Assembly: GCA_963771355.1 (NCBI GenBank) | Contig: CAVYTA010000006.1 | Location: forward strand, 992,001 to 1,056,000 | Direction: 5' to 3' | DNA length: 64,000 bases | DNA from: an uncultured Candidatus Rokubacteria bacterium | GTDB lineage: Bacteria > Methylomirabilota > Methylomirabilia > Rokubacteriales > CSP1-6 | Part shown: positions 1 through 8,395 of the stretch, piece by piece | How the letters are laid out: each line of letters begins with the position of its first letter | Numbering within the stretch: the first letter of the stretch is position 1 | Position numbers and translations under genes: made by a program | Notes under the pieces: model-generated | The model's input: only the letters and a program-made list of their open reading frames with translations | Database searches by the model: none | Told to the model about the DNA's origin: nothing

Positions 1-2
1 AG

Positions 3-86
3 TGGCAACTCACCCAGCAGGTCACGATGGCCGGCCACGAGATCATTCTCATCTCCTCCTACGGGATCCGGATCGGCGACTGGTAG
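3..86 (+). CDS. 3' end of an unidentified protein (partial, runs off window start)
   Basis: Open frame from position 3 (WQLTQQVTMAGHEIILISSYGIRIGDW*) with GC3-rich codons, TAG at 84-86. Confidence 0.55.
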   Translation, partial: WQLTQQVTMAGHEIILISSYGIRIGDW

Positions 87-138
87 GCCCCTGCGCGGCC
101 CTCCTCGGCCCGTCGCCCTCGCGGAACGCGCGGATTTC

Positions 139-167
139 TTGACTCACGCGACGCCACCCCCTAGCAT
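139..167 (+). promoter_or_regulatory. sigma70-type promoter for bactofilin/TPR genes
   Basis: TTGACT(139-144)-17 bp-TAGCAT(162-167). Confidence 0.6.
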
Positions 168-190
168 ACGTGCGTGATGTGCATGGGGAC

Positions 191-646
191 GTGCTGGTGA
201 GCCTGATGCGATCGGCCCTGGGCTACTTCGGCCTGATGGGCGCCGCGGGCGAGGGGAGTACCGAGCGCTCCACCCGTGCGGCGTCGCGCAATCTCCCCGG
301 CGCAGCCATTGTCGCCTCGCGCCTGGTCTTGCGCGGTGAAGTGAGCGGCGAGGGCGATTTCCAGATCCTCGGCAAGTTCGAGGGGGAGATCAACGTCACC
401 GGCAAGGTCCTGGTCGCCGAGGGCGCCGAGGTGGACGCCAACATCAATGCCGCCGCCATTCAGATTGGCGGTGTCGTGCGGGGGAATCTCTCGGCCACGA
501 CGCGCGTCGAGATCCTCCCCTCTGGCGTGCTCACCGGCACGCTCAAGACCGGCAGCTTCTCGGCGGCCGACGGCGCCTCCGTGAAGGGGGAGATCTGGGT
601 CGCGCGCGGCGGCCAGCCCCGTCCGGCCTCCGCCAGCGCTAGCTGA
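191..646 (+). CDS. Bactofilin (polymer-forming cytoskeletal protein, DUF583/CcmA family)
   Basis: Beta-helix repeats LVLRGEVSGEGDFQILGKFEGEINVTGKVLV...IQIGGVVRGNL...GASVKGEI; start uncertain (GTG170, GTG191 or ATG206; GTG170 is only 2 nt past the -10 box). Confidence 0.85.
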   Translation: MLVSLMRSALGYFGLMGAAGEGSTERSTRAASRNLPGAAIVASRLVLRGEVSGEGDFQILGKFEGEINVTGKVLVAEGAEVDANINAAAIQIGGVVRGNLSATTRVEILPSGVLTGTLKTGSFSAADGASVKGEIWVARGGQPRPASASAS

Positions 647-648
647 GC

Positions 649-1308
649 GTGGGCGTGTTGGACTCGCTACGCGCGTTCCTCAGCGGCTCCCACGTCGCGC
701 GGTGGGGCCTGTTCGCCATCGCGGCGCTCGTCGTCCTTGGCCTCATCGGATTCGGCGGCTGGACCTGGTATGGCTCCCAGCAGGCGCAGGGCGCCGCCGC
801 CCTGGCCGCCGCCGTCGAGGTCGCGCAGAAAGCCCTGGCGCCCGGGGCCACCCCGGAGATGCGTGCAGGAGCGGCCCAGGCCCTCGAAGCCGTGATCGCC
901 CAGCATCCCCGCTACGCGGGACTCCCGGAAGCCGCCTACCGGCTCGGCAACGTCCGCTACGACGGGCGGGAGTATGCCGCCGCGCGGGGCGCCTTTCAGA
1001 TCGCCCTCGCCAAGGGCGCCACCGGCACGGTGCGCGGGCTGGCGGCGGCCGGGATCGGGTACACGTGGGAAGCCGAGAAGGACTACGCGAAGGCCCAGAG
1101 CGCCTTCGAGGCCGCCTTGGCCGGGCTCGGACCCAAGGACTTCCTCTACGAGGGCCTGCTCCTCGATCTCGCACGCACGCAGGAATTCGGCGGTCGGCGG
1201 GACGCCGCGGTCGAGACCTACCGGCGGCTCCTGAAGGACATGCCGGAGAGCCGCCGCGCCGACGACGTCCGGACCCGCATCGCCTCGCTCCAGAGCGCGT
1301 CGAAGTAA
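649..1308 (+). CDS. Membrane-anchored tetratricopeptide-repeat protein (YfgM/TPR_21-like)
   Basis: N-terminal TM helix followed by TPR-like helices (AAYRLGNVRY, AGIGYTWEAEKDYAKA, LLDLARTQE...AVETYRRLL). Confidence 0.8.
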   Translation: MGVLDSLRAFLSGSHVARWGLFAIAALVVLGLIGFGGWTWYGSQQAQGAAALAAAVEVAQKALAPGATPEMRAGAAQALEAVIAQHPRYAGLPEAAYRLGNVRYDGREYAAARGAFQIALAKGATGTVRGLAAAGIGYTWEAEKDYAKAQSAFEAALAGLGPKDFLYEGLLLDLARTQEFGGRRDAAVETYRRLLKDMPESRRADDVRTRIASLQSASK

Positions 1309-1321
1309 CGCGGCCCACGCC

Positions 1322-1340
1322 CGCTCGCGCCCCGAGCGTT
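1322..1340 (+). terminator. Short hairpin after the TPR gene, possible weak terminator
   Basis: CGCTCG-cgccc-CGAGCG followed by TT; poor U-tract. Confidence 0.3.
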
Positions 1341-1562
1341 CGCCACCCCTCGCCAGCTTGTCACTTGTATCCGTGCCGCTCGCTGAGACACGCCAGCATC
1401 CGTTGATAGTCGCCGGGGCGGGCCGTGAACGAGATTCCGCCGTCTTCGCGAAGCTCGCCGAGTTGCGCGGTGGCGGCGACCTGCTGACAATCCTGAAGGC
1501 GGGGGACAAAGCCTAGGACTACCACGTTCCGGATGAAGGTTGCCCGGAACGCGAAGCGAGTA

Positions 1563-1590
1563 GAGTCCGATAAGGGATATTATGTCAACT
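1563..1590 (+). other. dif: XerC/XerD dif chromosome-dimer resolution site
   Basis: GAGTCCGATAA-GGGATA-TTATGTCAACT matches the 11-6-11 dif architecture (E. coli GGTGCGCATAA-TGTATA-TTATGTTAAAT); AT-rich, intergenic, between convergent gene blocks. Confidence 0.85.
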
Positions 1591-1703
1591 AGCAGGAATG
1601 GCGTGCGGTGGCGAGCTGGCGGCGCCGCTAGAAGCCGGCTCCACGACCCAACGCTCCTCCCCGGGCCGGCGCGGGCCGCCGGCCGATAGGCGCGGGATCA
1701 ACC

Positions 1704-2129
1704 TCACGCGTCCGGCGTGGCAATGCGGTGTGCCACCGCGGTCAGCCGCGCCGTCACGCGTCCGGCATCGGTGGTGACGGTCACGTCATAGAAGGCTGCG
1801 CGCCGGCCCCGCCGCCGCTCGCGGCACTCGGCGATGAGCCGCGACCCCGGAGCCGCCGCGGCCAGAAAGCTGATCGTAGCTGTGAGCGCGACCGCACGGC
1901 CCCCGTCGGTGTTGCTCGCGGCGCCGAGCGCGATGTCGGCGAGCGAGAAGACCACGCCGCCGTGGGGCGCGCCTTGATGGTTGAGCATGTGGGGGGCGAG
2001 GTCGAGCGCGACCCGGCAGTAGCCGGGCGCCAGGGCCAGGTACTCGACCCCGAGGGCCCGGGCCCAGGGCTCCTGCTGGAGCTCGGCCCGGAGGGCCGCC
2101 GGCACCGAGGGCCGGTCGGACCCGCTCAC
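1704..2129 (-). CDS. paaI: PaaI-family hydroxyphenylacetyl-CoA thioesterase (hotdog fold)
   Basis: MLNHQGAPHGGVVFSLADIALGAASN motif; near paaA/paaK. Confidence 0.85.
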   Translation of the reverse strand: MSGSDRPSVPAALRAELQQEPWARALGVEYLALAPGYCRVALDLAPHMLNHQGAPHGGVVFSLADIALGAASNTDGGRAVALTATISFLAAAAPGSRLIAECRERRRGRRAAFYDVTVTTDAGRVTARLTAVAHRIATPDA

Positions 2130-2133
2130 GTCG

Positions 2134-2856
2134 TCATTGCAGGGTCGCCGTCAGCGTGATGCCGGTCTCCGCGGAGGACTGCTCCTGCCGGACACCGAGG
2201 ATCTGACGGGTCACCGCGTGCAGGCTGCTGGTCGCGCCGCCGATCTGCACGCGGCGGCCATTGGGCACCACCAGCTCGGTGGCGGCGTCCACGAGCTCCA
2301 CGGTGCCACCGCCCCCAGGGGTGCTGTAGCTGAGCCAGGGCGTGAGCCGCACGCGGATCTGGCCGTTCGGCAGCACCGTCGGACGCACCGCGAGGCCGGT
2401 GCCGACGCTCTGCCACGCCACGCCCTGGGCCACGTAGCCCCGGCCGGTCGCATAGTCGTAGTAGGAGACGACCTGAGGATAGGGGATGTCCTGACTGACC
2501 ATCATGGTCCCCTGCCCGCCGTCCTGGACCAGCACGAACACCCCGCTGCTCCGCGTGGTCGCGGTGGTGGTGTCCTCTACCGCGAGCCCGCCCGCGCCCC
2601 GCGGCGCCCGTCCCGGCTGGATCACCACTCCGCCGCTCCCCTGCGCGCCCTGCCGGCTCTGGGTCACCTGCTGGCGGATCTCGATAACGACTTTCACCGA
2701 CCGCCCCGTCTGCGCGGCCACCGGGACTGATTCGAGGCTCAGGAGGAAGGCGAAGAGCAGGCAGAAGAGCCGAGCCAGGCGTAGCCCGGGGGAGGCGCCG
2801 GCCAGCAGCGTCCGGGCTTGGAGGACGAGCCCCGACCGCGACCGGGAACGAAGCAT
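2134..2856 (-). CDS. Exported protein resembling a shortened secretin C-terminal (beta) domain
   Basis: Signal peptide, then VKVVIEIRQ...VLVQDGGQGTMMVSQDIPY...QSVGTGLAVRPTVLPNGQIRVRLTP...TELVVPNGRRVQIGG, which follows the GspD/PilQ secretin-domain pattern. Confidence 0.6.
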   Translation of the reverse strand: MLRSRSRSGLVLQARTLLAGASPGLRLARLFCLLFAFLLSLESVPVAAQTGRSVKVVIEIRQQVTQSRQGAQGSGGVVIQPGRAPRGAGGLAVEDTTTATTRSSGVFVLVQDGGQGTMMVSQDIPYPQVVSYYDYATGRGYVAQGVAWQSVGTGLAVRPTVLPNGQIRVRLTPWLSYSTPGGGGTVELVDAATELVVPNGRRVQIGGATSSLHAVTRQILGVRQEQSSAETGITLTATLQ

Positions 2857-2878
2857 GGCGACGGCGACCCGGCCCCTG

Positions 2879-3709
2879 CTATCCGGGGATCTGGGCTTCT
2901 TCCGGCAGCTTGTCCCAGGCCGGCTGCCACTCCGGCACCCGGAGCCCGGCGGCGGCGGCGAGGGTCTTGACCTCGGCGGAGAAGGCGCGGCGTACCTCGT
3001 CGTTGTCGCGGGTCTTCAGCCGGAACTTCTGGTAGAGGCGGTTCTTCGGCGTGTTGGGCCGGCCGAAGATGTTCATGGTGCGCACGTACCACTTCTCCAG
3101 CGCGTCCTGGGCCTCGGCCCGCGTGGCGTCGCTGGCGGTGAGCCGCTGCACCCAGAGCTCGCCGTGGCGGATGTGCATCTTCTCTTCCTTGAAGATGCCC
3201 TCGATGGCGCGCGCCCACGGCCCGTAGGAGCACTGACGCACGTCCTCGAGCTGGTGACCGGCCCCACGATCCATGCAGAAGTTGAAGAACACGAAGTCGG
3301 ACCAGCGGTCGATGGGGTAGTAGAAGATGTTGACGCGCTTGTCGCCGGCCACCCGCTCGGTGCCGATGTCGGCCTTGGCGTCGTCGAGGCGGAGAGTGAA
3401 GTCGTGCCGCGCGATGTGCGCGGGCACGTCCACCCCGAGGTCCTCGAGGAGCCCGTACATGACGTGCGCGTGGCGCACCTCGTCCTTCACGATCTGCGCC
3501 ACCACGTGCTTCTCCTCGATGGTGGGCGCCTTCATGATCCACGGCACGTAGCCGAAGGCCCCCGCCAGCTCCGAGTCGGCCTGCATGGTCATGAGGTTGA
3601 CGAGGCTCTGCCGATACGCCTCCGTCATCTCCACCGACGACTCGATGCGCTCGCCGGCCTGGATCCGCGCCAGAAGCCGCTCCTCGCTGGGTTCCCTGCT
3701 GGAGTCCAT
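2879..3709 (-). CDS. paaA: Phenylacetyl-CoA 1,2-epoxidase catalytic subunit A (diiron)
   Basis: QADSELAGA, KDEVRH, CSYGPWARA, KEEKMH diiron motifs; start set at ATG 3709 (MDSSREPSEE). Confidence 0.85.
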   Translation of the reverse strand: MDSSREPSEERLLARIQAGERIESSVEMTEAYRQSLVNLMTMQADSELAGAFGYVPWIMKAPTIEEKHVVAQIVKDEVRHAHVMYGLLEDLGVDVPAHIARHDFTLRLDDAKADIGTERVAGDKRVNIFYYPIDRWSDFVFFNFCMDRGAGHQLEDVRQCSYGPWARAIEGIFKEEKMHIRHGELWVQRLTASDATRAEAQDALEKWYVRTMNIFGRPNTPKNRLYQKFRLKTRDNDEVRRAFSAEVKTLAAAAGLRVPEWQPAWDKLPEEAQIPG

Positions 3710-3711
3710 GA

Positions 3712-5022
3712 CTAGCTCCTTTCCACCACCCGCACCGCCTTCCCCTCGCTGCGGGGGATGGTCTTGGGCGGGACGATGGCAATCTCCGGGTTGAGGCCGA
3801 GGTGGCCGCGCAGCCGTTCTCCCACCCGGGCGGCGAGGGCGGCGACCTCGGCTCCCCTGGCGTCGAAGCCCCCCCAGCCCCCCACGAGGCCCTCCGCGGG
3901 CTCCACGTGGACGGTGAGACGGGGAAAGCCCTGGGTCCGGTCCACCACCAGTTGATAGTGGGGGGCCAGCTCCACGATCGTCAATAGCGCCGCCTCCACC
4001 TGCGAGGGATACACGTTGACGCCCTTGATGACGAGCATGTCGTCGGTACGCCCCTTCACACGCGCCATGCGCACCGTGGTGCGCCCGCAGGCGCAGGCCT
4101 CGGGATTGAGGCTGGTGAGGTCGCCTGTCCGATAGCGCAGCATCGGCAGGGCCTCCCGAGTGAGCGCGGTGAGGACGAGCTCGCCCTCCTTGCCATGCCC
4201 CAGCGGCGCCCCGGTGGCGGGATCGACGATCTCGGGCAGAAAGTGATCGTCGTTGATGTGGAGGCCGTCGTGAGCCGGGCATTCGCTGGCCACCCCCGGT
4301 CCGATCAGCTCCGAGAGCCCGTAGAAGTCCGACGCCACCACGCCCCACAGCGCCTCCAGCTGGGCGCGCATCCCCTCCGTCCAGGGCTCGGCCCCGAAGA
4401 GGCCATAGCGGAGGCCGAGGCCGCGCGGGTCCTGGCCGGCCTCGCGCAGGGCCTCGCCGATGTGCAGCGCGAAGGACGGCGTGCAGGCGAGACCGTGGGG
4501 TCGGAAATCCTGGAGCAGCAGGATCTGGCGCAGCGTGTTCCCCGACGACACGGGCACCACCGTGAGCCCCATGTGCTCGGCGCCGTCATGGAAGCCGAGG
4601 CCACCGGTGAAGAGCCCATAGCCGTAGGCGATCTGGATGAGGTGGCCCGGCTCCGCCCCCCCGGCGGCCAGCGAGCGGGCCATGACTTCACGCCAGATGT
4701 CGAGATCGCGACGGGTGTAGCCCACCACGGTCGGCTTGCCCTTGGTGCCGGAGGAGGCGTGGATGCGCGCCAGCTCGTGCCGGGGCACCGCGAAGAGGCC
4801 CCACGGGTACTGCTCGCGGAGGTGGTCCTTGCGAGTGAACGGGAGGCGCGCGAGATCCTCGAGGGCGCGCACGGAACCTGCGCCCACCCCGGCGGTGGCC
4901 AGCGCCGCGCGGAAGAAGGGCACGTGCGTCGCCGCCCGATCCACCGTGTCGCGGAGCCGCGCGAGCTGCAACGCGCGCCGCGACTCCGGCGCCATCGTCT
5001 CCGCGTCCGGATTCCAGATCAC
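3712..5022 (-). CDS. paaK: Phenylacetate-CoA ligase
   Basis: IHASSGTKGKPTVVGYT, YGYGLFTGGLGFH, YGLSELIGPGVA, RYRTGD, GRTDDMLVIKGVNVYPSQ. Confidence 0.95.
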   Translation of the reverse strand: MIWNPDAETMAPESRRALQLARLRDTVDRAATHVPFFRAALATAGVGAGSVRALEDLARLPFTRKDHLREQYPWGLFAVPRHELARIHASSGTKGKPTVVGYTRRDLDIWREVMARSLAAGGAEPGHLIQIAYGYGLFTGGLGFHDGAEHMGLTVVPVSSGNTLRQILLLQDFRPHGLACTPSFALHIGEALREAGQDPRGLGLRYGLFGAEPWTEGMRAQLEALWGVVASDFYGLSELIGPGVASECPAHDGLHINDDHFLPEIVDPATGAPLGHGKEGELVLTALTREALPMLRYRTGDLTSLNPEACACGRTTVRMARVKGRTDDMLVIKGVNVYPSQVEAALLTIVELAPHYQLVVDRTQGFPRLTVHVEPAEGLVGGWGGFDARGAEVAALAARVGERLRGHLGLNPEIAIVPPKTIPRSEGKAVRVVERS

Positions 5023-5032
5023 GTCACGCGCC

Positions 5033-5296
5033 TCAGCGGACCACCACCGACTTGAGCAGCCAGGCCTGGCGCTCGAGGAATCGCGTGACGGTTTCGAGAA
5101 GACGGGGATCCGAGGCCCCGTCGAGGCAGATCCGATCGGGAAGGATGTACTGGACCTCCGGATAGGACACCAGCACCTTGAGCAGGGTGCGCACCTTGGG
5201 ATCGGGCGCCAGCAGCCCGCCCCGTCCGGAATCGCCCGCGCCCGGGTCCCAGTCGTCCTGGAAGACGAGCCGCAGCTCGCGCCCCCTTTCGCTCAT
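5033..5296 (-). CDS. Small hypothetical protein (87 aa)
   Basis: MSERGRELRLVFQDDW...WLLKSVVVR; ATG overlaps the upstream stop (ATGA) and the ORF fills the gap before paaK. Confidence 0.7.
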   Translation of the reverse strand: MSERGRELRLVFQDDWDPGAGDSGRGGLLAPDPKVRTLLKVLVSYPEVQYILPDRICLDGASDPRLLETVTRFLERQAWLLKSVVVR

Positions 5297-6429
5297 CTCC
5301 GGAGGCCCGCGTAGAGCTCGACCATGGCGGCCACCTGTCCCGTCGCGGAGAAGGCCCGCTCGGCGACCCGGCGGCCCGCCGCGCCCATGGCCGCGCGACG
5401 CGCGGGATCGAGGAGAAGCCCGATGGCGGCATCGGCCAGATCGCGCGCGTCGGGCTTGGTGAGCAGGCCCGTCGCACCGTCGACCACCACCTCCTCGACA
5501 CCCGACGCCCGGACCGCCACCGCGGCCAGCCCGCATGCGTGGGCTTCCGCCAGCACCAGTCCCTGCGTCTCCGTCTCCGAGGCGAAAAGGAAGAGGTCCG
5601 CCGCGCGATAGTAGGCCGGCAGGGCCTCGCGGGCGACGCCGCCCATCAGCCGGATGCGGTCCCGCGCCGGGCTGGCGGCGGCCCGGCGGCCCAGCGCCTC
5701 GGCATGGCTGCCCTGCCCCACCAGGAGGAGACGGGCCTGGGGCAGCGCGCCCGCGATCAGGCCGAAGGCCTCGATCACGCGCTCCACGCTCTTCTCCCGG
5801 TCCAGGCGGCCCACGTAGAGGCAGACGAGCGCCTCGGGCGTGAGCCCGAGCGCCCGGCGCGCCGCGCCGGCGGCGCCGGGGCGGAAGCGGTCCAGCGGCA
5901 CGCCGGTGGGGACGACGGCGACGCGCGCCCGCACACCGCGCGTCCGCAGCGTTTCCGCGATACACGCCGACGGGGCAATCACGAGCTCCGCGCGGTCGGC
6001 AAAGCGGCACGCCAGCCGTACCGCGAGGGCGGCAACCAGCCGCTCCGGCGCGGGCACGTAGTGCGCGTACTTCTCGTAGCGCGTGTGATAGGTGAACACG
6101 AGCGGCACCGCCAGCCGCCGGGCGAGCCGGCGCGCCGTCACCCCGAGGAGAAACGGGTGCTGGGCGTGGACGATGTCGGGCCGGAGCCCTCGGGCGACGC
6201 GGGCGAGGCGCGGCGAGCACGGGAACGGCACCGCGAATCCCGGATAGGTCGGCGCGGGGATCGACGGGTAGCGGAACACACCGGGCGAATCGCCGGCGGT
6301 GTCGGAGGCGGGGGCGAAGACCCAGGCCTGGTGACCCGAGGCCTCAAGCCCGCTGCGGAGCGTCTCTACGGCGGTGGTGACCCCACCCCGGAACGGCAGG
6401 TAATTGTTCGTGAAGAGGGCGACGCGCAT
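5293..6429 (-). CDS. Glycosyltransferase family 4 (GT-B)
   Basis: MRVALFTNNYLPFRGGVTT, YVGRLDREKS, FASETETQGLVLAEA motifs. Confidence 0.92.
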   Translation of the reverse strand: MRVALFTNNYLPFRGGVTTAVETLRSGLEASGHQAWVFAPASDTAGDSPGVFRYPSIPAPTYPGFAVPFPCSPRLARVARGLRPDIVHAQHPFLLGVTARRLARRLAVPLVFTYHTRYEKYAHYVPAPERLVAALAVRLACRFADRAELVIAPSACIAETLRTRGVRARVAVVPTGVPLDRFRPGAAGAARRALGLTPEALVCLYVGRLDREKSVERVIEAFGLIAGALPQARLLLVGQGSHAEALGRRAAASPARDRIRLMGGVAREALPAYYRAADLFLFASETETQGLVLAEAHACGLAAVAVRASGVEEVVVDGATGLLTKPDARDLADAAIGLLLDPARRAAMGAAGRRVAERAFSATGQVAAMVELYAGLRR

Positions 6430-6432
6430 TCA

Positions 6433-6963
6433 CTATTCATCCGGGGCGCCGGGGTCCTTGCCGCGCTCCATGAAGTCCCCAGGCTTGATCGATTCCAACC
6501 ACTCCTTCACCTTGTCCGGATCTTCCGGCCGCCCGCCCCGCGCCCCCTCCCCTTCCTTGACCACTTCCACCGTCTGGGCCTTTTGCACCACCTCTTCCGC
6601 CACGAAGATGGGGGCGCCCACGCGCAGCGCGAGCGCGATGGCGTCGCTGGGGCGAGAGTCCACCGTGATCTCGTTGCCGCCCAGCTGGAGGTGCAGCACC
6701 GCGAAGAAGGTATTGTCCCGGAGGTCGTTGACGACGACCTTGACCACGCGGGTCCGCAGCGACTCCAGGATGCTCTTGATGAGGTCGTGGGTCATCGGCC
6801 GCGCGGTGGGGATCTTCTCGAGCTCGATGGCGATGGCATTGGCCTCGGCCAGCCCCACCCAGATCGGCAGCGAGCGCTTGTCTTCCTCGTCGCGCAGAAT
6901 GAGGATGGGCAGATTGGACAGCGGGTCGACGGCCAGTCCTTTGACCTTCATCTCGAGGTACAT
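6433..6963 (-). CDS. Bifunctional nuclease family protein (DUF151)
   Basis: LPIWVGLAEANAIA, RPMTHDL, VDSRPSDAIALALR. Confidence 0.92.
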   Translation of the reverse strand: MYLEMKVKGLAVDPLSNLPILILRDEEDKRSLPIWVGLAEANAIAIELEKIPTARPMTHDLIKSILESLRTRVVKVVVNDLRDNTFFAVLHLQLGGNEITVDSRPSDAIALALRVGAPIFVAEEVVQKAQTVEVVKEGEGARGGRPEDPDKVKEWLESIKPGDFMERGKDPGAPDE

Positions 6964-8330
6964 GGCGCGCGTCCCTCCTGTGCGGGCGGCCCGGCCGACG
7001 CGGGACGATGCGCCCCGCGGGCCGCGAGCTCGCCGCGAAGGCTGTGGGGCAAAGCCTCGGTGATGCGAACGCTGACGACTTCGCCAAGGAGATTCTCGCC
7101 GCCGGAGTCGAAGTTCACCACGCGGTTGCAGCGCGTGCGGCCGCTAGCCTGCCGCGCGTCCTTCCGGGAGGCTCCGTCCACCAGCACCTCCAGCCGGCGG
7201 CCCTCGAGGCGGCGGCTTCGCTCGGCGCCCACTCGGGTCGCCACCGCCAGCACGCGGCTGTTGCGGTCCGCCTTCACCGGCTCGGGCACCTGATCCGCCA
7301 TCTCCGCCGCCGGCGTGCCGGGGCGGCGCGAGTAGCGAAAGGCGAAGACGTTGTCGTAGCCGACCGCCTCCACCGCGGCAAGCGTCTGCTCGAAGTCCTC
7401 CTCCGTCTCGCCGGGGAAGCCGACGATGAGGTCGGTGGACAGCGCGAGGTCCCCCACCGTTTCCCGGAGTTCCGCGATCAGCTCGAGGTAGCGGGCGCGG
7501 GTGTAGCCGCGGTTCATCCGCGCGAGGATGCGGTCGGAGCCGGATTGCAGCGGCAGGTGGAGGTACTCCACCACCTTCGGCACGTCCCGGATGGCCCGGA
7601 TCAGCCGCGGGGTGAGATTGTACGGATTCGAGGTGGTGAAGCGGATGCGCTCGATCCCATCGATACGGTCCACGCGCTCCAGCAGCGCCGCCAGATCGCT
7701 GGGAGGATCGAGGTCGCGCCCATAGGCGTTGACAGTCTGGCCGAGAAGGGTGACCTCGCGACAGCCCTGGGCCACCAGGCCGCGAATCTCCGTCTCGATG
7801 GCTTCGGGCGGATGGCTGCGCTCGCGCCCCCGCGTGGTGGGAACGACGCAGAACGTGCAGTGCTTCTCACAGCCCTCCATCACGGTGACGAAGGCCTTGA
7901 GCCGCATCGCCCCATCCGGGCGGGCGGTGATCTTGACCAGCGGGCCCTCGCGCGTCTCGAGCACGGGCCGGCGCTCCGTCCGCGCGCGCGCCACCAGCTC
8001 GACGACGCGGGCGATGGCGGGAGAGCCGAAGACGAGGTCCACATGAGGCGCGCGCTGCTGGATCCGTCCCTGCTGCAGCTGCGCCATGCACCCCATCACG
8101 CCGATGAGGAGCCCGGGCCGCTCGGCCTTGAGCCGCTTGAGCGTGCCGAGCTGCGAGTACACCTTCTCCTCCGCCTTCTCCCGGATGGCGCAGGTGTTGA
8201 CGAGGATGAGGTCCGCCTCGTCGGGCGAGTCGGTGAGCTCGTAGCGCTCGTTCACGAGGAGTCCCGCCACGCGTTCGGAGTCGTACTCGTTCATCTGACA
8301 GCCGTAGGTGACGAGGTGGAGTTTGGGCAT
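6948..8330 (-). CDS. miaB: tRNA-2-methylthio-N6-dimethylallyladenosine synthase
   Basis: TYGCQMNEYDSE, NTCAIREKAE, radical-SAM CEKHCTFC, C-terminal TRAM domain. Confidence 0.97.
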   Translation of the reverse strand: MPKLHLVTYGCQMNEYDSERVAGLLVNERYELTDSPDEADLILVNTCAIREKAEEKVYSQLGTLKRLKAERPGLLIGVMGCMAQLQQGRIQQRAPHVDLVFGSPAIARVVELVARARTERRPVLETREGPLVKITARPDGAMRLKAFVTVMEGCEKHCTFCVVPTTRGRERSHPPEAIETEIRGLVAQGCREVTLLGQTVNAYGRDLDPPSDLAALLERVDRIDGIERIRFTTSNPYNLTPRLIRAIRDVPKVVEYLHLPLQSGSDRILARMNRGYTRARYLELIAELRETVGDLALSTDLIVGFPGETEEDFEQTLAAVEAVGYDNVFAFRYSRRPGTPAAEMADQVPEPVKADRNSRVLAVATRVGAERSRRLEGRRLEVLVDGASRKDARQASGRTRCNRVVNFDSGGENLLGEVVSVRITEALPHSLRGELAARGAHRPASAGPPAQEGRAPCTSR

Positions 8331-8345
8331 AAATTCCTGGCAGTT

Positions 8346-8374
8346 ACGTTAACACCCTGCCTCGGGGGAGTCAA
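8346..8374 (-). promoter_or_regulatory. sigma70-type promoter of miaB operon
   Basis: Minus strand TTGACT-17 bp-TAACGT with extended -10 TG. Confidence 0.6.
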
Positions 8375-8395
8375 ACCAGCGCGCGGCGAGCGCGC

